The notes beneath the pieces were generated by a model that made no database searches, was not told the DNA's origin, and saw only the letters and a list, made by a program, of their open reading frames with translations. Shown here piece by piece: positions 48,101-60,005 of a DNA stretch of 64,000 bases. The position numbers and the translations under genes were made by a program. The DNA comes from Macrostomum lignano (taxonomy: Eukaryota). The number at the start of each line of letters is the position of its first letter. Positions within the stretch are counted from its first letter, which is position 1. Location of the stretch: contig NIVC01003359.1 in assembly GCA_002269645.1 (NCBI GenBank), positions 1-64,000 of the forward strand. The letters run 5' to 3'.

Positions 48101-51100
48101 CGCAGTCACTAAGCACCGGGGACAAGAGGATCGGATGCTTCGGATACCAGCGGCTGAAATTAGTGCTGAAGCATGCAAAGAGTCGGGCGGCAATGATGAG
48201 CAGTTTAACCCTCCTGACTTGCTATCATCGATCCGCACAAACACTGCCGAGCAGCCTAGTGCCAGTAGTTCAAGTTCGTCCTCTCAGACAGACAGCGATT
48301 CCGAAACGGATGAAGAGGCGAGCGCCTACGGTGAAATTCCACGACAGGTAGCGCTCGGTCAGTCACTAATTTCGACGCCTCTCACTACGATTTCCGAGGA
48401 GCTGCCGTTGTCAAATCAGCCCAAAACTCTACAGCCTTCGGAGTCTATTGCTATTGTTGGACGTCATTCTGATTTGTCAAAAGAGCCAACAGTTCTTATT
48501 AGCCGTCTGCTCCGCTAGTCAGGCTAGAAGACATGGAGCTGGCCTGCTCAAGTGTTGGCTCGCAGTCAGACGCCGGCTCCGGTACCGAATACGTGGAAGA
48601 TGAAAGTTTTTCGAAGGCATCTAGTGCCACTTTTCAATTGGGACGCGGTTCAAGCGTTAGTACCCCGAAAAAAGTCAAAGCAGCAATTTAACGAAGACAA
48701 GTGATGCTGATACAGCTCCTGCGAGCAAGTCATTAGGGAAAGAAACTCAGAAAAAACCTAACAAGTCTCGTAGCTTTTGTGGTAGAAATCGAATCAAGAA
48801 AACTACACCTAGCAACAAGCCGGAGGAAGCTAGGGCTGCTGAGCATTTACAGAAGTCTGTTACTTCACAACCAGCATCGAAAGAGCAAAAGCCCAGGGCA
48901 TCCGCTGACGACTCGCTGCAATGCTTGGAAGAAGCTTTTCAATGACGCTTCTGCAACACTTCAAGCAGGCCGCTTTGTAACCAGTCATTCCACTAGCAAC
49001 AAGACAGTTGCTGCGGGCACTGAGCAGAAATCGGTTCCAGTCCCTAAATCAAGCCAATTAAATTCAGCTGCTGCAGCCACTAAGACAACTGATGATAGCC
49101 TTCAACAAACACAAAAAGAGGAGTCCAAATCTTGCGGTTCGCCATCATCTACCGGCAAGTCTCGAAGCTTTAGTAACAGAAGTCGCGTTAAGAAAAGCAC
49201 ACCTGGCAACAATTCAGATGTTAAGAGCACTGAACAGGTGCAAAAGTTAGTTTCGGTGCCCGGATCTAATGAGTTAAAAGCAAGCGCCACACCCTCCATT
49301 GAGGAGTCTTGCAATTCAACAAAGTCTCAGGAAGACCAGAATCTAGCCGCTGAGAGGCCGAGCAAAAAGGCGATCAAGTCCTCCTTTAGATCTAAGAAGA
49401 CAACAGGCTCAGTATCACCGACATCGCCACTAGTTGAAGATGATGGTAAGAAGGCTGATCAGCAAAAGCCCGAACATCAAATGAACTCTATTGTACCGAT
49501 CGAAGACAACATTGAAGCATTAAGTTTTTCGCAATTCGCCAGTCTTATGCTTCAATCGCACAGTGATATCGCGATCGAAAGCAGCAATAGCTTGCAGCTG
49601 CAGTGTCAGCAGCCGTCTCTGCATAGATCTCCCTGCAACAGCGCCTGTGCTATGAATGACAGTCTAAAACAGCCGGAGTTAATAGCGTTTGCTACGTCCA
49701 CCTCGGCACTTAAGCAGAACATCAGGAACAGTAATGTTGGATCAGTCAACTGCACAGCAGATATTGCTTCCGTCGAGGCGCTATCTTTTGCACCAAAAAG
49801 ACCACTGCGGCTTTGTAGTCACATGGAGCCAAGTGTGCTACCAATTGCTACCCCATCGCCAGCAGCTGCCGCAGCTACCAGTCCCACGCCCCAGCCTCGA
49901 CGCTTTAAATTCAGCCGGCGAAGGCAGTCACAAAAGAAGCTTAGCAAAACATCATCGCCGTCGTCGTCGCCGCCTGTTGAACGCTCGTCGACTTTACCAA
50001 TGCCATCTCCATTCTCACCGAAGTCACCATCGTCAACGCTGTCTTCGTCATGGCCGGTAACACAGGATGACTCGAAACCCGACAGTAATCAGCAACAGAC
50101 GCCAGTCTATTCGCGCCAGGAGACGGGCGAATTTTATTTGCGAACTTCCGACGGCGAAGAGAATACAGGCGTCGAAGACGACACTAGGTCTTCAGCCGTT
50201 GGCGCAGCCGTCACGCCTCTGTCATCACTCACTCCTGCTAGTTCGCCATCGCCAACGCCGTCGCCTTCGCTTCCGTCGCCGACGGGCTTCGCTGGCATTG
50301 TCAACAATCCTCTGTCGGCTTCGTCAGATGGTGAGCTACAATTTGAGGGCTATATTAAATTAGAACCGAACCTATGTAACCGCTCCTATTTTGTTTCATT
50401 AGAATCGGAAGAAAATGACATGGCATCCATCGGTGACAGCGAACTGCCAGGTGCTCATCCGTTGAGGCAAGCTCCGACAAGCCGATAGAGCGTCAGGGTG
50501 CGGCGGCTACGGTAACACCAGCAGCGGCGGCCTCCAAGTCGCTGCCGCAGCCGCTGCCAGCCGATCCGTTCGGTGCCGGCGCTATCGACTTCCTGCTAGC
50601 CTGTTTGAATCGGCGCGAACTGCCGAACCAGCCAGTGGTCGCGACCCGATCAAATCCGTATCTCAGTGTGACACCTGCCGCCGCCGCTGGTCCGACAGGC
50701 GTCAATCCAGCTGCCTCTGCGTCAATGGACGAGCTCAACCGTCGGGCTTATCTGTCCAAGGGCATCGTCGACGTCAAACAGCAGCCGCGTCATCGACGCC
50801 GGATTCGTCGACGCCGACACCGGCTTGGCGGCGGCTCCTACTACCGGCACAGCTCGTCCGCACTGTCTCTGCTGCGCGAACCGTCCTACCTGGCGCTGGC
50901 TCTGTCCATCCGACGCCGGCACGAAACGCCGTCCCCTAAACGATCAAGAAGCTACGTACGTTACAATACCGAGGATACGGACGAGGGCGAAGCTGACGAC
51001 GGCGAGGATGTGAATGAGTCGGACGATTACGAAGAGGAGTACAGCTACTATCAGCAGCAGTCCTATTACTACGGACAGACGGAGGCAGATCGGCGTGCCC

Positions 51101-51315
51101 AGGTAGCTCGGCAGCTTCATAAGCAGCGTCGGGCTCGCTCAATGCCGATTCCCGGACCGGAGGAGGTCGGCGGCGAAGTTGACGGTGAGGAAGCGGCCGG
51201 GGCGACGCTGTGGCCGTACGGCCGGCGTCGTAGACGACAGCGGCGTCAACGTCGCAAAGGTCGACGCGCGGTGTTCCTGTCGGCGGCCAATCTGGTGTAT
51301 GAGACCAGCCTGTAG
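45186..51315 (+). CDS. Large (~2000 aa) S/T/E/A-rich, largely disordered protein, broken by about 7 frameshifts
   Basis: Successive ORFs (45186-46028, 45995-46675, 46644-48518, bridging frames 48506-48945, 48779-50488, 50605-51315) overlap and continue with similar composition; C-terminus YETSL*. Confidence 0.6.
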
Positions 51316-51584
51316 GGGGGTACTGCGGTTTTGAATTCAAATCCAATATTTCCGAGTAAACTTTTGGTGTGCAAATTTTGTTAGGCTTTATAGTGTAAAC
51401 ATTCTTGTTTAAGCTTCTCAGTCACTCCGCATGTGAGATTTTCGAGTCGGTGTCTCTCTATAAGTGAGATTTTGCTGTCGCTGTCTCTTGAGGCGGTAGA
51501 TTTTTACTGTAGTGCTACATGCATCTGTCTACTTTTGTGTTAAATTTTAAGCCACAATTTTCATGAATTTCTCATGAAGAAATC

Positions 51585-51900
51585 CCGTGGGGAATCCCTG
51601 CTATGATGTAAATTGGTGAAATCCGTGGCCGGGGAATCCCTGCTATGCTGTACATTGGGGAAATCCATGGGGAATCCCCGCTACAATGTACATTGTTGAA
51701 ATCCGTGGCCGGGGAATCCCTGCCAGTGCTGTACATTGGGGAAATCCGTGGGGAATCCCCGCTACAATGTAAATTGTTGAAATCTGTGGCCGGGGAATCC
51801 CTGCCATGCTGTACATTGGGGAAATCCGTGGGGAATCCCCTACAATGTAAATTGTTGAAATCTATGGCCGGGGAATCCCTGCCATGATGTACATTGGGAA
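51585..51900. repeat. ~80-bp tandem repeat built from two ~40-bp GGGGAATCCC subunits, about 4 copies
   Basis: GGGGAATCCCTG recurs at 51631, 51711, ~51792 and ~51869. Confidence 0.85.
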
Positions 51901-52509
51901 ACCCTTAGGTAATACCTGCTTTCATTGTAATGTTTCTGATAAGGAAGTTAATAGATATTATGTGATTACATATTATTGTAGCTTGTACTAAAAGGCCTAT
52001 TGGCAATGCGTCATTAAGTTATGCTAATATAAGTAGTTCATAGATCTTTTCTGGTACGAGCGTACAATAATATTTTCAATTCGTTTCTAACATTCCGTGC
52101 GATCTCGCAATTTTACTAATAGTAGTATATAGCTACACAGATGCTACAGACCAATGCTTAAACGGTGCAGCGCACAATTTCAATGCTGTGATTCGAATAT
52201 CAGTGTTTTTCGGTCTTTTGCCATTAGTTTTTTCCGTATTACTAATATTTTACGCGCGACGATGTACAGCTGCGTATCTTTACATGTATCTCGATTTGAC
52301 GTATTTAAGCTTTATTTACAAAGTCATTTCGATGTAGAATTGTTTTATTCCTTGGTCACTGGACAACCACACATTGTATTTCTGTATAATACAGCTATGC
52401 ACTTTTGCATGCCGCCATTGATTTCGAATTTCGCTCCTCCAATGCCCTGATTTCTGTTGTTTAATCGAGGCAGTCTATTTATAGAGTTGATCACAATTGA
52501 CATTGATCT

Positions 52510-52905
52510 ATAGCCTTATTCTATAGCCTATATAGATCTATTCTTAGATCTATAGCCTTATTGGGTGAGATTTTGGTATCTATAGCCCTATTGGGGTGAG
52601 ATTTTGGTATCTATAGCCCTATTGGGGTGAGATTTTGAGATTTATAGCTTTATTGTGGTGACATTGTGATATCTATAGCCTCACTGGGGTGAGATTTTGA
52701 TATCTATAGCCTTATTGGGGTGAGATTTTGAGATTTAAGCTTTATTGTGGTGACATTGTGATATCTATAGCCTCACTGGGGTGAGATTTTAAAATCTATA
52801 CCCTGAGATTTTGAGATCGATAACCTGAGATTTCGAGATCGATAACCTGAGATTTTGAGATCGATAACCTGAGGTTTCGAGATCTATACCCTGAGATTTT
52901 GAGAT
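52510..52905. repeat. ~31-bp (CTATAGCCTTATTGGGGTGAGATTTTG..) and 22-bp (CCTGAGATTTTGAGATCGATAA) tandem repeats
   Basis: Direct reading. Confidence 0.85.
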
Positions 52906-54094
52906 TGATCATCTCCACCGGCTTTGAATTCGAGTTTTCACGTCAAATTAACGTTGAAAGATTTCGATTTAAATGATTTTTAAATAATACCACACGGTCA
53001 ATAAAGCGTTTTTCTCCAATAACTTAGCTTGTACAAGCACGCACTGTAGCAACAGCTGACTAATGGTGTGATTGATCATTGCTTTAATCTCGGCAAACTA
53101 ATTCCTATGTATAGTTATACATCTATATTTATATATAAATTTACTTCAAATTTCAGTCAAATGCATTCCCTATATTCAGGAGTATTAATATACGCCACAG
53201 AAGTTGATTTTTTAGACTTTAATATCCGTAATGTTGTTTGAACAAGTGTTCCGGTTTTATTATTATTTCATTAGCTGAAAAGTAATTTTAATTGGGTCGG
53301 TCCTTGCAGCGGCAGAAACTATTGATAATTCAACTGAAATATGAATTTTATAAATAATACGGAACTTTAACTACTACATGGGAAATGCAGGGTGTCAAAA
53401 TTAGAATTGACGTGTCATGACGTCCGCTATGACACTAAAGATACCCGGTATATAAGTTATTATGAGTGATAAGCTATAGCTATAATATGTAAAGCCTGCT
53501 TAAACGTGCAGTTCAGTCATTTCTGATTTCTCTCTATCATCGATAAATTGTCTGCTCTTATCAGCAACCACGAGAAGAGACAGAGAGTTGATGAAGAGAG
53601 ATGGGGAGGCCATTAATCAGTTAGTCCAATATAAGCGATCTGTGTGCTGTGCTTTAACCTCCCCCCCCTTTAGCCCGCACGGTCGATTTGGATAAAGCCT
53701 AGTAGATGTACTGTATGTAAATGCGGTGCCCAGGATCAGAGCATGCAGCCTCTCTCTCCCCTGCTCCTAAGCCTCCCATCTCGCTGACATCAGCTATATA
53801 GATTTACTAATTGCGACCTCTTCTCTGACCACATGCGAGTATTGGATCCCTACAGCACTGCAGAGCTGCGCTGAGGCGGACTGTCTATCTCAATCTTAGC
53901 TATGTTTAGTCAATTATAATCGGTGATGGAGTTATAATACCTGATTTAATTAGCGTTTTATTAAAGCTAGACAATGTCCGATATCGTCTCTAGAAATTCA
54001 AACAGTCGTTTCTGTATTATTGTTCTCATCAATCTTTACAGTAACCCTTTTTGCCATAAAATCAATCCTGTCTCTGCCTTTCGGGTCACCCTGT

Positions 54095-54710
54095 CATTTC
54101 CGATCCTTCCGCTGTCACTCTCCATCCTTCCGCTGTCACTCTTCCATCCTTCCGCTGTCACTCTTCCATCCTTCCGCTGTCACTCTTTCATCCTTCCGCT
54201 GTCACTCTTCCATCCTTCCGATGTCACTCTTCCATCCTTCCGCTGTCATTTCCCGATCCTTCCGCTGTCACTCTTCCATCCTTCCGATGTCACTCTTCCA
54301 TCCTTCCGCTGTCACTCTTCCATCCTTCCGCTGTCACTCTTCCATCCTTCCGCTGTCACTCTTCCATCCTTCCGGTGTCACTCTTCCATCCTTCCGCTGT
54401 CACTCTTCCATCCTTCCGATGTCACTCTTCCATCCTTCCGCTGTCACTCTTCCATCCTTCCGCTGTCACTCTTCCTTCCGCTGTCACTCTTCCATCCTTC
54501 CGCTGTCACTCTTCCATCCTTCCGCTGTCACTCTTCCATCCTTCCGCTGTCATTTCCCGATCCTTCCGCTGTCACTCTTCCATCCTTCCGCTGTCACTCT
54601 TCCATCCTTCCGCTGTCATTTCCCTGTCCTTCCGCTGTCATTTCCGTGTCCTTCCGCTGTCATTTCCCTATCCTTCCGCTGTCAGTTCCCTATCATTCCG
54701 CTGTCAGTGG
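54095..54710. repeat. 22-bp minisatellite (CACTCTTCCATCCTTCCGCTGT)n
   Basis: Direct reading. Confidence 0.95.
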
Positions 54711-54886
54711 CCTATCCCTCCAGAATAATTCAATGATAATTCCGGTATCCTTCCGAGTTTAATTAATCAACTTATCCCAGGTCATTAACTTCTGCACCTC
54801 CCCCCCCCAGAAAAGGTCGGGCAGAACTTTAATTTTAACCAAACATCAGCAGCGCTGGGGCGAAGGGTTCCATAGAAAGGAAGGGG

Positions 54887-54911
54887 GAGAGAGAGAGAGA
54901 GAGAGAGAGAG
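54887..54911. repeat. (GA)n microsatellite
   Basis: Direct reading. Confidence 0.9.
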
Positions 54912-55448
54912 CCCCAATTGATAAGAGTAGAAGAACATGCTTCTCGGATCAATGGCCTGAGAATCGAGGCCAGGACTAGCAGGACGCTGCGCAGAGCGGG
55001 CTGGGGCCGCATCATGGCAAATCAGAATCGAGGCGCACATAAGCCTGAGGGCTGGGAGAGGCAGGCAGAGAGACACAGAGGTTACTGGGGATCTGGCGTG
55101 TGTTTGGTAGCCTTGAGTTTGAGCTGGAAGGATGAAGGCGGAGGCCTAGCACGCGGATGATCGTTCCTTTTTCCTCCAGCCTTGCTCTCTCTGCCCCCCC
55201 CCCAGCTCCGCTCTCTCGTCGTGGATTTTGCGAGGAATCGCGCGAATCATACAGATAGAGAGAGAAAGAGGTCACAATATTGGCCTGGCCCTATAGCCTA
55301 TAGCTTAACTCCAGGCTACCAATCTCTATATAGCGTTCCCGTTGCTAAAGCCCACTATTGCTCAGGCGACTGAGCTAACCAGTGCTATATTGTGCTTGGA
55401 AATTCAGACAGACTCCCTGCACCCGGGTGATTACTCCCGCCCGGAGCG

Positions 55449-55891
55449 ATGGAGCCGCAGATTCGCATCCAGCTGGAGCCGCCGGCTGAGGAGAGCGGCA
55501 AGGTGACGATCATTTCGCCGCCCGACATCGCCGGAGCCGCGCCGCCGGCAGTCGCTGGCGACACCGTCCAAGTTCGCCGCCAACTGTCGCCCAATTCGTC
55601 TACGTCGTCTCGATCCCGACGCTCCCGCTCGCTGCCCTCGTGCACGAGGAGCCATCAGCGGGTGGATCGACTGCCGCAGGCGGCTGCGGCGGTGGCAGTG
55701 GCAGCGGAGTCGGGGTCGCCGATAGCGACGCCGCCGCTTCGCCCTGTAGTCGGCGCAAGCTGTCGGACTCGGTGCGTCGCCTCGCCATCGACACGATGCC
55801 GGCGCCGGTGGACCCCAACGCTAGGCAGCGGCGTCGGTCGTTTGACGCTTCGGCTCTGCAAAATTTGAGCTCCATTCAAGAGACCGAATAA
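55449..55891 (+). CDS. Small orphan protein (~147 aa), one -1 frameshift at ~55639
   Basis: MEPQIRIQLEP..RSRSLP joins VHEEPSAGG..RRRSFDASALQNLSSIQETE*; GC-rich; acceptor-like TTCAG upstream at ~55408. Confidence 0.5.
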
Positions 55892-56394
55892 TGGGATTTT
55901 TATCCTCCTACAATTAGTCTGCGTGCGAACTTACTACTAACTTTTTGTGTAAGAATGAGGCTCTTAGCATCTTCATATGTCTGGGTTCTCTGGAAGGGAA
56001 TCAGCATCTTTAAAAGGTTGTCAGGCTTCTTTTAGAGGGTCTCGGCATCGTTTGAAGAGTGTCAGCGACTAGAAAAGATTGAGCAAATTTTTAAAATGTC
56101 TCCAGTGTCAGTGTTTTTTTGAAGGCTGTCAGCATATCTACAGGGTGCCGGGGATTTCTATAAGGCTGTCGGAATCTCGGTAAAAGGCTTTAGCATCTTT
56201 ATTGGGTGTCAGGGTTTTGTACTGGTAGAATGCACCAGACTAGCATCTCTAGAATGGTGTCAGAACATTTGGAAATGTTTTTGCGCATCTATAAGCTCTC
56301 TGGAGGGATGTCCGCATCTCAGCTTCTCTAGAAGGTGTTAGCACTTTTAGGATTATCAGCATCTCTATGATGTGTCAGGCTTCTCTAAAATTCT

Positions 56395-56715
56395 GTCAGC
56401 ATAGAAGGGTGTCAGCATCAATAGAAGGGTGTCGGCATCAATAGAAGGGTGTCAGTATCAATAGAAGGGTGTCAGTATCAATAGAAGGGTGTCAGTATCA
56501 ATAGAAGGGTGTCAGTATCAATAGAAGGGTGTCAGTATCAATAGAAGTGTGTCAGTATCAATAGAAGGGTGTCAGCCTATCTATAAGTGTCAGCTTATCT
56601 AGAAGTGTGTCAGCATCTATAGAAGTGTGTCAGCATCTATAGAAGTGTGTCAGCATCTATAGAAGGGTGTCAGCCTATCTATAAGAGTGTCAGCTTATCT
56701 AGAAGTGTGTCAGTA
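56395..56715. repeat. 20-bp minisatellite (AGAAGGGTGTCAGTATCAAT)n, degenerate copies back to ~55990
   Basis: Direct reading. Confidence 0.9.
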
Positions 56716-57344
56716 ATCTGAGTTCTCCAAGGGAAAACTCAGACATCACTGGTTCTTCAGTGATGGCCTCTGAGTTTTAAAATAAAATTCTTATCTAGCC
56801 AGATGTCAGTCGGAAAACCCATTTGATTATATTTATCAACCATAGCTTCACGGACAGCTATAATACACTTGAATCTGTCTATGGCGATACCTCATTCAGC
56901 GCTGTGCAAAAGTCAAATCTTTTTGCTTAGTTTTAAATCCCTCTCTGGGCCACGCGCCTCTATCCAGCAATGTAAAGCAGATTCCAAGCATTATTGAGTC
57001 AATCCTGTTTTATCATTTATCTGCCGTGATATTTATTTGCATTAATAAACCAGATGAAACTCGCTCATCCATAGTAGATACGAGCACCCGTGACAACGTT
57101 TGTCACTTTGCTTGTGCTGCTTGTCAAATCTGTCACTGCACGACAGCTCGCGATTCATTTTTAGCAAGTTCTCTGCCGCCGGTATTTTATCTTCCCCCTG
57201 ATCCCCTGACTAGACTGCCCTCCAGATTTTTGTTCACTTTTGTGACGTGCTGCACCGAGGCCCTTTCTGTGCACCTGCTGACCGGCTTCTCCGCCTCTGA
57301 GTTTATTCACTCTCCTGCACTTCTCTGCTTCCTCTCGCTCCCTC

Positions 57345-57502
57345 NNNNNNNNNNNNNNNNNNNNNNNNNNNNNNNNNNNNNNNNNNNNNNNNNNNNNNNN
57401 NNNNNNNNNNNNNNNNNNNNNNNNNNNNNNNNNNNNNNNNNNNNNNNNNNNNNNNNNNNNNNNNNNNNNNNNNNNNNNNNNNNNNNNNNNNNNNNNNNNN
57501 NN
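57345..57502. other. Assembly gap (Ns)
   Basis: Run of N. Confidence 1.
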
Positions 57503-57638
57503 AAAAATCTTGGCCATCAGGTTGTGCGCTACATAGCCAGGGACCGGCGGCAACAGCGAGCTTTGAATCCTCCTAATTGATTTCTGAATGTCCATCATAT
57601 CTTGTTTTATACGAACTGAGACTATAAGTTATACTGCA

Positions 57639-57837
57639 TGTACTCATGTCAGCAACATTTAAAAGTCGCCACTCTATGCGCCGTAGTGAGCAGTTTCTCT
57701 TGGACTATTCTGAAAAAAATACGAGAAAACTGAGTTGCGTCACTCGCAAAGATTGAGAGACTTCACCTGCACTCTCAAAAGTGGCGACCACAGACGGAAT
57801 CTTCTGTGATGGCGACTTTTTGATGTTTCTGAGTACA
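57639..57837. mobile_element. Small MITE-like inverted-repeat element
   Basis: TGTACTCA..AACAT..AAAAGTCGCCA at the left matches TGGCGACTTTTTGATGTTTCTGAGTACA at the right. No TSD seen. Confidence 0.45.
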
Positions 57838-58038
57838 CCTCTCACTATATTGGTTTTACGTTTCGACTATACGTTTTTTATTGATTAAATAGAAGACAGG
57901 TAGGTAGATTCAAAATCAATATTTTCTTGAGTTATCAAACGGGATCATTATTTTTATGTCATATTCAAATCGAACAAGGTTCCCCTAGAAACATTTCAAC
58001 ATTCGAGCTGCCTTTAACGTTAATGCTGGCCGGGGGTT

Positions 58039-58250
58039 GCCCCAGGACCCCGGGTCCTGCACGTAAGAACTACAGTATGAGACTGGTATGGCCTTTATCC
58101 CAGCCAGCGATGCTCACACCTGCCTCCCCTGGCGGGCTGATAGCTCAAGAGACTCTGTCTCCTGATTTTCACCTTGCAAGGCGCACTTCGAAGGGTACTC
58201 GTCCCGTGGGTGTTAAGGCAGGCCCCCTTGGGCCCTGCCGAGCTGATTCG
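58039..58250 (+). ncRNA. Predicted HDV-like self-cleaving ribozyme at the 5' end of E2
   Basis: P2 CGAA(58189-92)/UUCG(58247-50); P3 GGG/CCC; L3 UACUCGU(58196-202); J1/4 GU; P4 GGCAGG../..CCUGCC; J4/2 CUGA (C58243). P1 GCCC(CA)(58039-44)/GUGGGU(58206-11) is imperfect as assembled. Confidence 0.65.
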
Positions 58251-58486
58251 TTGGCGCCGGGTCCTGGTGTGACCATAAACGCACCCTCTAATGTCCCAGT
58301 GTAACTCCGTGCTGATGGACGCTTGGCCAGGGAGTAGTCTGGTCGCTAACGGTTCCCCTTGCGCTTTTGGGTCCCCCCGCAGGGTGGTATTTTGCTTTTT
58401 GGGGGCCTGCCGCTTGGTTTGGGGTTGCGGCCTTGCGGCTCTTTGCCTGTGTTCTGCAGGAAGTCCCACCTTTTTACTTCCAGCCA

Positions 58487-60005
58487 ATGGCTTCTAACCG
58501 AAGTAACAAACCGGCTGTGGATGACACAGTGCCTCCGGCCTCGGCTGGGGCCGTGGACTCCTCGGCCATACCACCTGCTACCATCGGGGACGCCTCGGCG
58601 AGACCCGTGGAGCCAACTCTGAGCGGTGCCTCCGAGAAGACACCTGCTACTCCAGCTGCTAAGAAACGCAGCACCACCTCTGGAGCTGCCCGCCGTCGAC
58701 TTAACAAGGCGAGGCGGGCCAAGGAGGGCGGAAGCCAAACCGGTGCCAGGGGCCAACGGCCCGCGGCAGCGGAAGCTTCCCAGTCTGGGCGGTGGCGGAA
58801 GAGGGCCTCGAGCCCACGGAAGCCCCTGCCCAGGATAGGGAGGCCGATGCAGCCGGGAGGGTGGACAGCCCACCTGAAGAAAGCTCCACTGACCCCCGGG
58901 CCTCCTACGCTGATGCGGCAAAGAGGCAACCGGCGGTTGTCATCCTGGGAAAGGACGCGCGCCTGTCTCCCGATCAGCTGAAGCAGGTGAGAAGTGCCGT
59001 TGATGGCCTCCTGTGGAAGCAAACTCTGAAGGGCACGCCTCTGAACATTCATTCGAATGCGACGAGGGACTCGTGCCTTCTCATTTGGCCCAGTGATGCT
59101 GACTCGGGTCGGCGGCTCCTTGAGCTGCTGCCCGAGCAGAGCTGGGACCTCAACCTAGCCTTCTGCAGAGAGGACGAGCGCCCCCGGACCAAGAGGCATC
59201 GAATCTGGGTCCCGGCCAGGAGCGTTGTTACCTCTGCTGACGAGCTCCGGAAAGGACTGCTAGCAGTCAACCGGGAGCTTCCCGCCGCGGGCCTAGTGGT
59301 GCATGACACCCTTAAGCGCACCGACGGCACTGGCTTCACAGCCATCCTGGGGCTGTCGGACGCCTGGATGAGGCGTTATCCACACGGCAGCTTCATCAAC
59401 GTCGGCCTTTGGAAGCTGCGCATCCGCTCCTACGAGGCCGACCCTCCCCGTGGCAGTGAGCAGGGCGGGCGGGATGCGGAGGCGGCCGGGGCCGAGGCGC
59501 AAGCCTCTGCTCAGACTGCCAAAGCAAACCGCCCTGCCCGGCAGCACGGCCGCGCGGGCAAAGCTGAGCGCGCTGCTGAGGGCGGAGGCGACCGACGCCC
59601 GGCGCGTAGCACCAAGCGGCGCGGCCTGTACCAGCGTGCAGCTGAGGCAGTCCGTACCGCCAAAATCTCCAGCTGAGGCGAGAGGTCGCCGGGACGCCTA
59701 GGCGCACCAGTTCGTCCAGGGAGGGTGGGGACGTCCCAGCTGGGCCCAACCCCTCGGGGCAGGGCCGACTGGAGACGGACCCGCCTGCCCAGGCGGCTGG
59801 CTGCTCCAGGGCATTGGGCCAATCTGAGGCGGAGGACCCCATGGATGGTGGGCAAAGGGCGGCGAACGCTGCCTACTGCCTTCCGGCCAATCGGGGGCCT
59901 TTTGCTGAAGAAGAGCCCATGGACACCGGCGACCCCGACCCGAAGCCGGTGAGCGCCGAGGAGGAGGAGGAACTCCTGGCGGCTGCAACATCCGATCTGC
60001 AATGA
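58487..60005 (+). CDS. E2 ORF1, inferred frameshifts at ~58790 and ~59650
   Basis: MASNRSNK.. (frame of 58367) to AEEGLEP..RIWVPARS.. (58792-59676), then an open frame 59646-60005 ending EEEEELLAAATSDLQ*. Confidence 0.7.

Noticed and set aside
676-56715. CRISPR-like appearance of the regular 20-31-bp arrays
   Set aside because: There are no unique spacers, no cas genes, and the context is eukaryotic.
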